Source of the DNA: Gekko japonicus
Lineage: Eukaryota
Assembly: GCF_001447785.1 (NCBI RefSeq)
Contig: NW_015173165.1
Span: 478,813 to 542,812 of the forward strand
DNA length: 64,000 bases
Reading direction: 5' to 3'
Position numbers and translations under genes: made by a program. The notes beneath the pieces were generated by a model that worked only from the letters and a program-made list of their open reading frames with translations, did not search any database and was not told the DNA's origin. Shown one piece after another: positions 1 to 13,257 of the stretch (position 1 is its first letter; every line of letters starts with the position of its first letter).

Positions 1-156
1 AGCCTGGCTTGCGTCCGGAGCTTAGAAAAGCATGGCGTCTCCTTCAAAGAAGGTGGAGAACCAGACTCAACAACCTGTCCCCAAATTGCAGCAAGGAGCT
101 CAAGCAGGCTTTGGCAGCATAAAGGTCAGCAAACCCAGACTGCTCCAGAATGGGAC

Positions 157-431
157 AGAAGAAGAATAGACTGGATCTATACGCCGCCCTTCAGTACCCG
201 AAGGCGTCTCAGAGCGGCTTACAATCTCCTTTCCCCTCCCCACAACAGACACCCTGTGAGGTAGGTGGGGCTGAGAGAGCTCTCTCAAAAACTGCCCCCT
301 TGAGAGAGCAGCTCTGAAAGAACTTATGACTGACCCAAGGCCACACCAGCAGATGCATGTGGAGGAGTGGGGAATCAAACCCGGTTCTCCCAGATTAGAG
401 TCCGCGCTCTTAACCACTACACCAAACTGGC
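157..431 (-). mobile_element. Squam3-like tRNA-derived SINE
   Basis: Reverse complement of gccagtttggtgtagtggttaag head with (CTT)n tail; same family as 17306 and 58968. Confidence 0.8.
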
Positions 432-735
432 AGCATAGTGTAGCGGCTTGAGCAATGGGCTGTTGATCGTGGGGGTTCAAATCACAGCTCAGCTACACAT
501 ATCAGTGGGGAACCCTGGGTCAGTTGCCATTTTGTGAAAACAAGGAATGATCCATATAAACCAGCCTGAGATTCTTGGGAGACTGGATTAAAAAAATTCT
601 GGCCCTGCCCTATTCTTACGAGGCTGCTTTCCATCATGTGAGGAGAGAGATTAAGCTTCATCGGGAAGGGCTCTGGGAAGTGCATCCGCCACTTCCTTCC
701 AGTGGTCGGCTCCCACAAAACCACAGCACACTCAC

Positions 736-865
736 CTCTGTGGGGCTTATGCTTCCAAGGTAGTTGCCACCTAGGCCTTCCCTGCGGAAGTAAGCTCCTG
801 TGGTGTCAATTAACATGGGAGTCTCTAAGCCAGGCCCCTCGGGGCAGTTCCAGACATAGACATAC
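736..865 (-). CDS. FOXRED1: FOXRED1 exon 9
   Basis: [43 protein letters not shown]; cag|...|gtgagt; 130 bp. Confidence 0.96.
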
Positions 866-2011
866 CTGGGGACAAAAGAAAAACAACAAAATCTCAGTAC
901 CTAATAAAAACCCTGGGAGCATACTGGGTTCAGCTACAACCCAAGAGGGGGGGCAAAATTAGAGAGAAGCAGCACAGAGCCAGGCCTCAGTGCTGGTAAG
1001 AACTGCGATCCTTGCATTTCGATGATCATTTCCGCTCTTACCAATAGATGAAGTTGCCTCAAGGACTCTCCTCAGCAGAGACCCCAAGTGGCTTGCAGTG
1101 TTCTGTTCCCCTCCCTTTTATCCCCACCACAATCCTGTGGAGTAGCTTAGACTGAGAGTAGGTGACCGGCCCAAGGTCACCTTGCAAGCTTCTATGGCAG
1201 AGTGGGGATTCAAACCTGGGTCTCCCACATCATAGTCCAACACAGTAGGAGGAACAAATATTAGTTCTCTGACAAAATTAGTTCTTATGGGAACTACCGG
1301 TAATTAATATTGATCTTAGTGGACACCTTTTGATTCAATTAGTTGCTTATATCTTTGGTTTTATGGTTTTATTATCTTACATTTTACTCGATTTATACCA
1401 ATATTCATATTTATAGTATTCTTCTCTGTGGTTTTCCTTGGTTTGTCATGGCCTACGGCTAAATACAAATAAATTTCTATTTCACTTAATCGGGCATTGA
1501 GGGTTGTCAGTTTTCAGACTGGCCCAGGGATCCCCAACCTTTTTGAGCCTGCAGGCACCTCTGGAATCCTGACACAGTGTAGTGGGCACAGGCACAAAAC
1601 GGCTGCCACAGGAGGCAGAGCCGGTCACAACACGGCTGCCGCAGCTCACCGCCAGCCATACCCTGAAGATCCTTGTGCCGTGGCAGCTGCTGCAAAAGCA
1701 ACTTTTTAAAAAATCTGCACTGCCAGTCAAGCCTCTAGTGGCCAATCAAAACCCATTCTGGGCATAAGCCCACTTGGCCCCACCCACTTCCTATAGGTAC
1801 TTGGTGAGCACCAGGCGCCATGGCACCTCCCCCCGGTATCACACCGAGGGCCCCTGCTCTAGCCATTGCACCAGTTCTTATTTCCTCCAGGCAGGCATGC
1901 ACTGTAGCCAACGCTCCCCCTAAGCCACCGAGCGAGAACAGTACCACTTAGCTTAGAGGGAACACTGATTGCGGTTCACCAATGCAGTGCAAGGGCTGTA
2001 TTCAACCATAC

Positions 2012-2172
2012 CTTTTCTTAGGTTCCACAGGTAACCTGATCTCTTCCAGTGACCCCGGCGGCCCAGTCCCAATGCCGGCCATTTCCGCCACTCTCCCTGA
2101 CCAGGCGCCGGCAGCGTTCACCACTATGGAACACTTTATCGGGGAGTACTCTATACTGTCAGGCATTTGGAC
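2012..2172 (-). CDS. FOXRED1: FOXRED1 exon 8
   Basis: [53 protein letters not shown](R); tag|...|gtatgg; 161 bp. Confidence 0.96.
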
Positions 2173-2764
2173 CTAGAAGGGGTTCACACGACGAAAGAGT
2201 TGGTGCGGTTTTCAGCAGGGCAACCAATTTCACAATGTGTCACCTAGTCCAAAGGCAACAGTCTGGGGAGCTTGTGTTTTCTCAGCCCCCCCCCCCCCCC
2301 CCCGCTTTGTGGAACAGCCTGCCATTACGGTACAGACGCTCTTTCTTTAGTAGTTTTTCACAGAGAACGCCTCATTTTGCAAGACTTAGCGATTCATGGC
2401 TATTGTATATTCATACCGAGACTGTGATTGAAAACAATGTCATTTACGGCCGACTATATGCCACCATGAATTCAGGAAGGGGGGGGGGGGTAATAAATTA
2501 AATTTTCAAATAAATTACATAAATAAAATCCGGGGGGGGGGGCGCTCTTGTTAGAAGTTCTCAAGCTGGCTTTGCAACACCCAGCACTGTCATATACAGG
2601 CTTTTGCTAGCGTGCTGCATTGCTTCCATCACAAAATGCGCTTTGAGAGGTTCTCCCCCTTTCCAGTGGCCACCGCCACAGGAGCCCTGTGGATTTCACT
2701 TTGGCCCATCCGCTCTGCAACCCACTCTCCTGCCATCAAAGGAATTAGGAACATAAGAACATCA

Positions 2765-3030
2765 GAAGAGAAGGAGAAGAAGAGGAGGAGGAGGAGATTG
2801 GATTTATACCCCACCCTTCACACAGAGTCTCCTTTCCCCTCCCCTCCCCACAACAGACACCCTGTAAGGTAGGTGGGGCTGAGAGAGCCCTGAGAGAACT
2901 GCCCTTTCAAGGACAGTTCTGACAGAACTATGGCTTGCCCAAGGTCATCCAGCAGCTGCAAGTGGAGGAGTGGGGAATCAAACCCGGTTCTCCCAGATTA
3001 GAGTCCGCACACTTAACCACTACACCAAAA
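2765..3030 (-). mobile_element. Squam3-like SINE
   Basis: Same head and tail as the other copies. Confidence 0.8.
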
Positions 3031-3261
3031 TGAAGAGAGCTGCTGGATCAGACCAGCGGTCCATCTAGTCCAGCATCAGTCTCACACAGAGGCCAACCAG
3101 TTCCGCTGGAGGGCCAACAACAGGGCATAGAAGCCAAGACACCTGATGTTGCCTCCTGGCACTGGGATTCAGAGGCTGATTGCCTCTGAATGTGGAGGTT
3201 CCCCTCAGTCACCGTGGCTAATAGCCAGTGATAAATCCATCCTCCCTGAAGGACTACTTAC

Positions 3262-3338
3262 GTTAGCAACCATGATACGGGGGAAATTAATGAGCTCCCC
3301 ATCCTCTGTCACCATTTCAGTGGAAGAACAATGGAAAG
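3262..3338 (-). CDS. FOXRED1: FOXRED1 exon 7
   Basis: SFHCSSTEMVTEDGELINFPRIMVAN; cag|...|gtaagt; 77 bp, phases fit both neighbours. Confidence 0.88.
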
Positions 3339-4499
3339 CTGGGGGGGGCACAAACAGAAGCAGCTGCAGTTATAACAGTAAAGCGTCCCCAGGTATTATA
3401 CGAACGACTACACCCCCTCCCCAACTCATGAAATCAAGAGGGCAAATTCCTTCCCCTGTTATATTTCTATTCATAAAAGTCACTGTCATTACGAGTGAGG
3501 AGAACGAGCACAGATGGGTCTGGAGAGTGCGCGTGTTCCTTTCGTTGCACCATCAAAGCAGGTTAGGTTCCCAGCATAATAGCCCATTTCTCCCCTCTCT
3601 AAGGGCAGCATTTTACTTTTTCACCATAGAAGAGAATGGAGAAAAGCAAAGCCATGTATGCAGGGAAACAATGGAGCCATAAACTATCTCCTCCCCACCA
3701 ATCCTGGTGACTTATTTAGAAAGAGGAGATTCTGCCCCACCCCTAGCTCTCCGGCTGACTCAGTTTAGTTAGTACGAGCCACTGAGAAGCAAGCCTGCCC
3801 TTATTTGCATAGCTCCGCCCTTGGCTTTCATCTCACAGTCCCCAGATAAGACCCGAGTTATACAGGAAACAGAATGAGGTGGTGTAACACTGAAGTGGTA
3901 AAAACAGACTGCAATCGTATCAGCCTACAGGTGGGGGGGGGGGACACACACACATTTTACAGTGTTCCCCGATCTGAGGTCGCTTCCAGCAACTAAAAAC
4001 CAGCACAGCTCTCAGTGTCACGCCAGCTTTCTATCTGCCTGGAGTTCTTAATGCAAAGGAATGTTTAAGAACTGGACTTATATGCTAGCAACCTTCGTGG
4101 TACAGCATATTCTACCTCCCTTAGTTCTCCCACGAATTATGTAAACCGGTCCTGAAACTCAAAGTTCTGCATTTTAATACTGAAAGCACAAGTTTTTGCT
4201 CTGATTTGCATTAGGAAAACGGGGATGACAGAAGCATTCGACAGCTTTGGAACCCGCATAGGCGAGTTTGCCACTGGGCATACAAACCGCCTTTTGCAGA
4301 TAGCAGCCACTCAGAGCCTCCCTTCAGTAGGGTTCATGCAACAGAATGTTTTTAGCGAGCCACAGAGAAATGTTCTGTGAGAAGATCTCCCCACCCAGTA
4401 CTTGGCCAGGATCAAGAGGATGCGGATTGGGCCTGAGGCCATGGAGGCAGTGTTTCCAACTGCACCCCCATGCTGTTTCCCTGAATGTAACCGCCCTCA

Positions 4500-4662
4500 C
4501 CCTGACCTGGATGGCCGAGGCTAGCCCTCGTCAGGCTCTCGTCCGATCTCAGAAGCTGAGCCACGTCAGCCCTGGCTAATATTTGGATGGGAGACCACCA
4601 AGGAAGTCCAGGGTTGCTACGCAGAGACAGGCAATGGCAAATCACCTCTGAACATCTACCCT
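4500..4662 (+). mobile_element. 5S rRNA-derived SINE
   Basis: tctcgtccgatctcagaagctgagc...tggatgggagaccacc resembles the 5S internal control region, followed by a non-5S body. Confidence 0.7.
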
Positions 4663-5047
4663 CAGGGCTCTTTTTGTAGAAAAAGCCCAGCAGGAACTCA
4701 TTAGCATAATAGGCCACACCCAACAGCAGGAACTCGTTAGCATATTGGGCCTCACCCCTGACAGCACAGCTCATTAGCACATTAGGCTGCACCCACATGT
4801 TACCAGAAGTGTGGTCATCCAGCCATACCCACCTTTTGCTTCTTATTCTGTTTACCTTGTTTGTTGTCAAAACCCAGGGCCTTTTTTTGTAGCAGGAACT
4901 CATTTGCATGTTAGGCCACACACCCCTAATGTAGCCAGTCCTAATGAGTTTCTGCTGTTGGGTGTGGCCTATTATGCTAATAAGTTCCTGCTGGGCGTGG
5001 CCAACTTGGGAGCCAGCCGGAACGCCGTTCCTGTGCGTTCCTGCCCT
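4663..5047. mobile_element. Non-autonomous hAT-type element, one end truncated
   Basis: Inverted copy of the 47678-48071 element; starts cagggctc. Confidence 0.78.
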
Positions 5048-5499
5048 TGAAAGTCGCCATAAGTTGGAAGCAATTTCACAGCATTTTCCACCACTAACTG
5101 CCCTAAAGTTGCTTTTATCCAGAACATTTGTGCGTGTGTGTGTATTGCAGGTAGTAACCTTGCTTTCTTTTACAGGAGCCAAAGGCAATCTTAGAATGTA
5201 GGCTTGTTTGAGTTTTCAACCAAAATAGTCCCAATCCACCACACACCGCACCCCCAGCCACAGACCGCACCCCCCCCCCCCCCCCCCCCCCCCCCCATGG
5301 CTTCTTTTTGAAGCTAAATTCCACATCAGGGGATCCAGTTGCAGAAACTAAACATCAAGCTCAGTTTGGTCCTAGGGTTTCCGTGTTCCCAAAATCGATG
5401 GGGGCTAGCTGCTTTTTATATTTTAACGGTAATGTCGATGTATGCCGTTGATCACAGCTAAGGAAAGGGGGGGGAGAGAGAGAGAGATGGAAGACTCAC

Positions 5500-5601
5500 A
5501 CATCACTTCTCCAAGACTCTGGAAGACGCCCATCGACATTGCTTTGCGCCGCAAGGCGTTGAGGAGAGTCCAAGGGTCAAACCACCCTTCATTTTCTAGG
5601 C
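5500..5601 (-). CDS. FOXRED1: FOXRED1 exon 6
   Basis: GLENEGWFDPWTLLNALRRKAMSMGVFQSLGEVM; tag|...|gtgagt; 102 bp. Confidence 0.95.
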
Positions 5602-6008
5602 CTAAAGCACAGAAAAGGATGCAAGAAGGGAATGTCCACTTAGACTCACAATGGCTTGACACTTAAAACAGCCAGCAAGTTACCACTGTACTTTAATAAC
5701 ACAATTGAAGAAGCAAAAAGGGTGTGGTGGGCAGCATTCTGGCCTGGTGATACATGAAAATTTCCTCCCCCCTTAATGATTCCCCCCATTTGTTTTTCCT
5801 TCCTAGCCTTCACTCTGGCTATACACCGGTCATGAAAAAAAGAGGCTAGCCGGCTGATGAGTTTCCCTTTCCTCAAGGAAAGCAGATGGCCAGTGCAATC
5901 CTAAACACAGTTACACCCTTCTAAACCTAAGTGCTTAGGTTTGCAGTTTGCAATGTATATAACATTGTGCCTAGAAATAATTTAGCCATGTGGTTTGGTT
6001 ACAGACAA

Positions 6009-6157
6009 GTAAAGGTAAAGGTTCCCTTGCTCGAAAGCCAGTCGAGTCCGACTCTAGGGTTGCGGTGCTCATCTCCGTTTCAAAGCCGAAGAGCCAGCGC
6101 TGTCTGAAGACGTTTCCGTGGTCATGTGGCCGGCATGACTAAACACCAAGGCGCACG
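6009..6157 (-). mobile_element. Sauria SINE, 3' fragment
   Basis: gtaaaggtaaaggttcccttgctcgaaagccag..., nearly identical to the 55599 copy. Confidence 0.82.
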
Positions 6158-6724
6158 AGTAAAACCAGAAAGTAAATTGGGGTGTGCGTGTGCATCAGCC
6201 TTTTTCCTTTAACAGTCTCACTTGCATGTTGTTAGCAATGGTAGTTTTCTATTCCTTTTTCCTACTCCAGTATCAGAAAAACACAGTGGCCACAGTCTTC
6301 CCAATAAACCCACTCTTAAGTATAGCGGGTAGAATATCAGACTACGATCTGGGAGACTCAGGTTCAAATCTCCACTCTGCCACAGAAGCTCGCTGGGTGA
6401 CCTTGGGCCAGTCACAGACTCTGCCTGCACAACTTTACAGGGTTGTTGTGAGGACAAAGTGGAAGAGAGGAGAACTATGTAAACTACTTTGGGGAGAAAA
6501 GCAGGGTATAAAAATGAAGTAAAGAATTAACAGATCTCAACTTCTAGTGCACTCAAAGCCCTTCTGCTCACTGGCCAGATGATTGCCAAAAGCCCTTTTA
6601 AATATTCATTTTTTTAACAAAAAATAGCCCTTTTAAAATTGATTGAATAGGCGAAACAATATTATACTCATTCAAGTACTTGCTTTATGTGTGTCAGCAA
6701 GCTGCCAAAGGGTTTTTCTATGTG

Positions 6725-7157
6725 TATATGGTCACCCTGAGTTCACCCCCCCCTGTAGATGCGATTGGTTTGTCATGCGCACATCTCCCTATTAGCTGAG
6801 CATTCCTTTCAAAGTACGCTAGTCCTGCTTTGATGTAACGCTATCTCGCCAAGGCCACAGGTGGACGAGCAGAGGAGCTTTGCTTTGTCTTTCAATTAGC
6901 AGAAGCCGTGGGAATAGCATACCTATTTACAATGAGGTAGCCGTTGCTTTCCCAAGGTTTAGGCGTGCGCGGGGGCCCTTGGCCACACGCGGGAACCGTG
7001 TTTATTGGCTATTATGATTATGAACTTGCTTTAACCTTCCATGCTTCTTGGCTTTTCATTATTCTGAACAGTGACCCTGTTCAAGTGCTTCATGGCTCCA
7101 ATAAAGTAAAACCTTCTAGTAAGTGTGTACTACGTTGTTTGCTGTGGGGACCTGACA
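6725..7157 (+). mobile_element. Probable solo LTR
   Basis: Ends ...ggggacctgaca with AATAAA ~55 bp upstream; 5-bp TSD atgtg at 6720-6724 and 7158-7162; 5' TG appears mutated. Confidence 0.6.
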
Positions 7158-7449
7158 ATGTGTTTACTGTTTAGTACCAAACTCCTCTTCTCATTCTCAG
7201 CGTTATTACAGCATTTCTCCCATCCCACCCCATTTTGGGATACGGGCCAGAGTAAAACCTTCTCCACAGAGACCAGGAGCGAAGGCGGGACAAGAGATCC
7301 ACAAGCAGATTGCAAGCTGGGAATGCAAACTGCGGGATCTCCCCGCTTCCCTTGCGCACGCTAAGGACACAGAGATGCCACCAAAACGTTTCTATCCGAG
7401 GCGGCGGCAGCGTCAACACCCTGTTTTACGATGGAGAACAGTCCAATAC

Positions 7450-7544
7450 CATAGGAAGCCAAAGCTACGCCATCCGTATTCAACCATGGAAATTTCTTTT
7501 GCAGTTGGGCCGGTGACAGGAGGGACACCTCAGCTGCTTCCGCC
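7450..7544 (-). CDS. FOXRED1: FOXRED1 exon 5
   Basis: [31 protein letters not shown](G); cag|...|gtattg; 95 bp. Confidence 0.95.
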
Positions 7545-7676
7545 CTGAAAAGCCGGTAGAGAACTCTCATCAGAATGCACTCATTTGGGAGGAGGGCCTC
7601 AAAAAGCTGCCCCCAGGAAATGCAACACAGTTTGGAAGCGCACCTCGGGGGGGGGGGGGCAGATTACCATTAAAAT

Positions 7677-7772
7677 NNNNNNNNNNNNNNNNNNNNNNNN
7701 NNNNNNNNNNNNNNNNNNNNNNNNNNNNNNNNNNNNNNNNNNNNNNNNNNNNNNNNNNNNNNNNNNNNNNNN
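7677..7772. other. Assembly gap
   Basis: Run of N. Confidence 1.
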
Positions 7773-7917
7773 TGTGAGGTAGGTGGGACTGAGAGAGCTC
7801 TGAGAGAACTGTCCTTGAGACAACAGCTCTGACAGAACTATGGCTTGCCCAAGGTCATCTAGCAGCTCCAAGTGGGGAACCAAACCTGGTTCTCCCAGAT
7901 TAGAGTCCGAGCACTTA
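7773..7917 (-). mobile_element. Squam3-like SINE, partial
   Basis: Family sequence running out of the N gap. Confidence 0.7.
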
Positions 7918-8361
7918 AAGGGATGGTAAAGATACCTTAGGAGGGAAGGTGGCAGGGTATAGCCTGACCTCATTAAATTCTGGAAATCAAGCAGGGTTGG
8001 TACCTGGATGGAAGATGATCGAGGAGGACCTCTGCAGATGAAGGCAATGGAAAAACAACTCTGCTTCTCACCTGCATCGACAGCCCCTTGCTGGGGTTGC
8101 CACGAGTGAGTTGCCATTTGACAGATTCTCCCAGGTTAGAGTCCGAGCACTTAAAGGGACGGTAAAGATACTTTAGGAGGGAAGGTGGCAGGGTATAGCC
8201 CGATCTCATCAAATTCTGGAAATTAAGCGGGGTTGGTACCTGGATGGAAGATGATCGAGGAGGACATCTGCAGACGAAGGCAATGGAAAAACAACTCTGC
8301 TTCTCACCTGCATCGACAGCCCCTTGCTGGGGTTGCCACGAGTGAGTTGCCATTTGACAGA
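7890..8361. repeat. Tandem duplication, 2 x 236 bp
   Basis: 7890-8125 and 8126-8361 are colinear with scattered substitutions. Confidence 0.92.
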
Positions 8362-8836
8362 CCTTATATATGATACTTTCCAATTTTCAAACCACCTCTA
8401 TGGGTAATTAAACAAAGCCAGTGTGGTGTTAAGAGTATCAGACTGGTATCTGAGAGACCCGGGGCCGAATATCGACTTGGGCTAAGGAAGCCCACTGGGT
8501 GACCTCAGGCTAGTCGCACTCTCTCAGCCTAACCTACCTCACAGGGTTGTTGTTGTGAGGATACAATGTAGGCCCCATTGGAGAGAAAGGCAGAATACAA
8601 ATGAATTGAGTAGACAAGACATAACCATCAGGGGTGGGAGCAGAGTGGTCATTCACCTCCTCCAACGATGAAGTTGGGTTAGCTGAAGCCAACCCATCTG
8701 CTGAAAGCCCAGCTGCCTAAGACTCATTAACAAGGAGAAATGGGAGACAGTAGTGATGAACAATCATATACGTGCTTTTCTTTAAAACAATCAAGCCTAC
8801 AGGGAAAAGAGTCTTCATTTGTATCACTCTTTAAAT

Positions 8837-9226
8837 CAGAGGTCATTTTGGGGGGGGATCGCAGTTCCCACAGGTGAGGTACGGGGGGCGGGGCACATGA
8901 CGAAGCCCCGCCCCCTGCTTCCGGCCGCCCCGCTTCCGGCCCTCATTCAGCCAGGAGGCAGGAGAAGAGGGAGGGTAAGTTGCTTCCTCCCTGCCTCTCC
9001 CCACCCCTGCCTGCCTGGGGCCAGGGAGGGCCTTCGCGGGGCTTCCTCACACTCCCGCCGCGGCCGGGACCGTTGGGGGCAGGGTGTGTGGCCTTATGAC
9101 ACAATTCCGGTGATGTCAGGGGGGGTGGCCTTATGACACACTTCTGGTGATGTCAGGGGGTGTGGCATATGCGAATGAGTTATGCTAATGAGTCCCCCAA
9201 GCTCTTTTTCTACGAAAAGACCCCTG
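8837..9226. mobile_element. Non-autonomous hAT-type element
   Basis: Termini cagaggtc...gacccctg; perfect 8-bp TSD ctttaaat. Confidence 0.88.
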
Positions 9227-9857
9227 CTTTAAATTCATCATCAAGGGTGGATTTTGTGAATTAAATTGCCTGCCTGATCGAGAGGGTGGAGAGCTCTTCC
9301 TCAAAGGGTTCATGTCACCGTTTCAGAAGGGAGACTTTCTGTATCCCTTTGATATCTAGTCTAACCCACATTGTCCAAGGTTCTGCCACTGGAGAACAGT
9401 CCAAAGATTCAGATGAAGAAGACTACCTTTGTTTTCCCAAACAATCACTGACGCATAAAAGACAGGCAATAGCCTACAGCAAAGGGCAGTGCCCATGGCC
9501 CAGTAGCAGACCATCTGCTTCGGATGCCAAAGGTCCCAGGTTCAATCCCACGCATCGCCCGTTAAAAGGGTGAGGTGGATGGTGATGTGAAAGGCCTCAC
9601 CCTGAGACCTCGGAGAGCTGCTGCCAAACAATACCAGCACTGTGACTAAGGTAAAGGAGTTTCATGCGTGTTCACCCAAAGAGAATCCAAAGCCAGGAAA
9701 TAATCTGGACACTGGAGGTAGGAAGCTGGTCTGCAGCCGAGATCAATTCGACGTGCCTTTTCCAATGACCTCTTTGATCAACACAACTGGTGCAGCTGTT
9801 GTCCTCCTCCTCCCACCCCCCTTCCCTCTCAACTACAGTCTCCCTCAAGGTCCGTAC

Positions 9858-9976
9858 CTTTGAATTTTTACATTCTCTTCCAACACAGCAGCTCCATCCT
9901 CTGAGGCCAAGAAGAGATAACCCATGGGATTAAACTGGACATCGATGGGTGGCTCATTGAAAAAGCCAAGGTAATC
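9858..9976 (-). CDS. FOXRED1: FOXRED1 exon 4
   Basis: DYLGFFNEPPIDVQFNPMGYLFLASEDGAAVLEENVKIQ(R); cag|...|gtacgg; 119 bp. Confidence 0.95.
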
Positions 9977-11482
9977 CTGGAAATAAAAAGTGGCTCTGTC
10001 AATACTTCATGAGCTGCTGTCTTCAGGAAGGGATGGGTCATGACAGCTATTAACTTAGTGCTTATATAGTGCTAAGTGGTAAGCAGGACCAAAGTTCCCT
10101 CTAAGCTGTGCTAGGAGGCACTGGTACACAAAACTAAATGAGCTGACCTCACAAATGAACCGAGGCCTTTTTTGCCTCCATTGGAAGCAATGGAGGATGG
10201 GGACACTTCCTTCTGGGGCCCATAGAACTGGAGTCCCTGGTCCAATCTTTTTGAAACGGGGGGGGGGGGGCTGATGAGAGGCGCCAACAGCTTTGCTGCA
10301 AATTTGGTGCCTCTGCCTCAAAAAACAGTCCCCTCAGAGCACCAGATACCCCAATCGATTCTCCATTATAGCCTATGGGCCCACTGACTATAATGGTCCC
10401 CACAGGCTATAATGGAGCTGGGGGGAAACTGATTTAATTTTTATTGGCACACCCCATTATGCTTTTCAGTATGATTTGTAAGCTGCCTTGAGTCACAGGG
10501 AAAAGTGGGACATGAATAACTGGCTAAGTAGTTTGGCCAGGTTGATAACATTAAAGCAACTTCCTGTTTGTTAAGTTAGGCAGGGTTCTGACAAAAGTCT
10601 GAGTCTGACAGTGATTGTTCCACCTCTATGATACTTGACCTATAATGCTGGGTGTCATATTTCACTAAAAAAAAAAGCCCCACAAAGTAGACTGCAAGTG
10701 TTTCCCTACCACCACCCAAATGCTGATATGCTTTCTAAGGTTCAGCACAGGGCGACTACCAATATAGTAGACTCAGGTGAGTAGACCTGTTCTCCAGAGG
10801 CCAGATCTTAGGACCCTCACAACAGCTATGTAACGTAGGCAAACATAGGTGGTGGGAAATGGCATCAAGTCGCATTCAACTTCTGGTGACCCCATAGGGT
10901 TTTCAAGGCAAGAGATGCTCGGAGGTGGCTTGTCATCGCCTGCCACTCGTAGCCACCTTGGACTTCCAAGGATCAGGCTAGTATCCAGGTTAGGGCAGGC
11001 CAGTACCACTACCCCTGTATTAGACCAAGGGGTTGTGGGTGAGAAAACAGCTGAATGAATTTGTGGTGGACACAAGATGCGAACTGGCTCCCACTTAGCA
11101 CTCTTAGCCTGTTGGCGGCTGTGGCTTAGCGGCAGAGCATCTGCTTGCAATGCTGAAGGTTCCAAACTCAATCCCCAGCACCTCCAGTTAAAGGACCTGG
11201 CAGCAGGTGTGAAAGATGTGAAAGACTTCTGCCTGAGACCCTGGTCAGACATTGCCAGTCTGAGTAGACAATACTGACGTTGATGGACCAAGGTTCTGAT
11301 TCACTATAAGGCAGCTTCACGTGTTTATACAACAGAGGCACCCCTTTTTAAGTACACAGGCACTGCTAGAGCTTCGGAATGGAAGAAGGAAGCAGTCCAT
11401 GTGTGTCTGCACACAAGAGAAGAGAGATGCATCTAGAGAAAAGGGGGAAAACTTCAGAATCACTTTAAAAGTGTAATGCCAC

Positions 11483-12222
11483 TGTGACGTCTCCTTATCT
11501 GGGGAGGCCTGGTTTCACTTTAAAGTGTTCTTTTTATTTTGTTTAACTGGGTAGGTTAGGCTGCCACCAGGAAATTTTAGGCTTTCCAAACCTTTATACT
11601 TTCTTTTGGCTATCACTGGATAGGTAGGTCGAGTTTTTAAGTCTCATGAGGGTCTATGTGTTTCCTAAGAAATTATTTCTTTCAGAGCTGGCAGACTTAA
11701 ATAAAAGATTTATTGAAACAGTTCATAAATAAAAGTGTAGAACAATGTAACCAGCAATGTGAATAATTTTAACAATTTCGTTGTGTCTCACACAAGATCT
11801 GCTCCCTTTCTGACAGGGATTTTTCAAGTAACTTTGTAACTCATTACTCAGGGTCATATACATTTCCTATTTCACTCCAGTCTGTCACTCAGACTTTCAT
11901 TTAATTTTTGTTTCCTTATATATTCAACTTTTCTTCATACACAGAACTTAACTCTTGTATCACACACGACTGTCTCTCTCCCTCAGACCTCAGAACGAAC
12001 TAAAACTTAACAACTGTCTTTATCGACTGTCAAACCTCTAACTGTCACTCCTGAAGGACATACCCATTCATCCACTCAGAAACCCTTTCTAAAACCCCTC
12101 CCCCTCTCTGTCAATCACCAATCACACCACACTTGTCTCTTCAACCACTCTATTCTATCACACAGCCATGCAACCAAACTTTTAAAGCGGCACACACACA
12201 TATAAGACAAGGAATCGTTACA
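11483..12222. mobile_element. Solo LTR
   Basis: tgtgacg...cgttaca inverted termini; 5-bp TSD gccac. Confidence 0.85.
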
Positions 12223-12791
12223 GCCACCTTTTCCCAATCATTTTTTGAAGATGATATTCAACTGAAAAATAGTCATGGCTTTGATGAGGACACTGTTTGC
12301 TTTTGCGATCTGTGCAGGTTTTTTGTTTTTAAAGTCCTGCAACATTCTTAGGAACAAGATAGGAGGCAGCACCATTATTTTCAGGGTTAAGCAGATGGTG
12401 AGCCAGCCAATGGGAGGCCCATCCACAGAGCTGGTACCCCAACATGGCTGCTATAACAATGCATTGCTTAGGACAGCAGCAAATTGCAAAACGGCTCCTG
12501 ATACACAATCGGAGGGTGTGACGCACCTGGGGAAAGGTACATTTCTGCTAACCAGACACGTGGAGTAGTGTACAGGTTAGACATTTGTTCAGAAGTAACA
12601 CCGTGGCACTCTATACATCAAAATGGCAGCTACAAGCTGCCCATCCAAGAGCGGGGTCTTCTTCCCTTTCCTCCACATGTCCTCTTCTAGGGAACAGGGC
12701 TAGTAAAGGTAACGCTCGGAGAAAAGCCAGTCACAAAGACAACAGTGAGGTCCCTCAGGTACAACACCCCCACAAAAACTCATGGACGTAC

Positions 12792-12902
12792 ATTGATCGA
12801 GCGCAAGAACTCGGCCGAGAACTGGGACATCTTGATATTTTCGGGCAGTGAAAACTGCTGCCGTATTCCTCCCACAGACAGCACAGTAGATGCTTTGGTG
12901 TA
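12792..12902 (-). CDS. FOXRED1: FOXRED1 exon 3
   Basis: [37 protein letters not shown]; tag|...|gtacgt; 111 bp. Confidence 0.95.
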
Positions 12903-13257
12903 CTAAAAGAAGCAGAGAGAGAGGGGGGAAGGTGGTGGAAATTAGCTCTGCAGCTCAAGAACAAAGCCCCCCAAGTAGTTCAAAAGCACAAGCAATAAGC
13001 CTCCCCCCCCCACGAAAAACAACTTTGCTCACAGGCAATACAAACTCAAGAATCCCCACTTTGCCATGGAAGCTTGCTGGATGACCTTGGGGGTGGTCTT
13101 GTCAGCCCCCAGGTCCAGGCGGGGGATCCCCCGGTTTCAGGGGCTTCTCCCCACCACAGACCAACTGGCTGGTGGGGGAAACCCCACCCCAAAACAGGGG
13201 CATCACTGCACAACGTCCCCAACACAATGATGTCACTGCATCGTGGACACTGGTATT

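Noticed and set aside
4500-4620. 5S rRNA-like sequences (also ~40540 and ~46900)
   Set aside because: Diverged, incomplete and fused to SINE bodies, so not rRNA genes
4412-5188. 258-aa ORF, the longest in the track
   Set aside because: Runs through a SINE and a repetitive MITE; the repeated peptide YANEFLL simply reflects the DNA repeat
6944-7174. Peptide GYYDY resembling the FOXRED1 C-terminal GYYDY motif
   Set aside because: On the opposite strand, inside a probable LTR, with no flanking similarity
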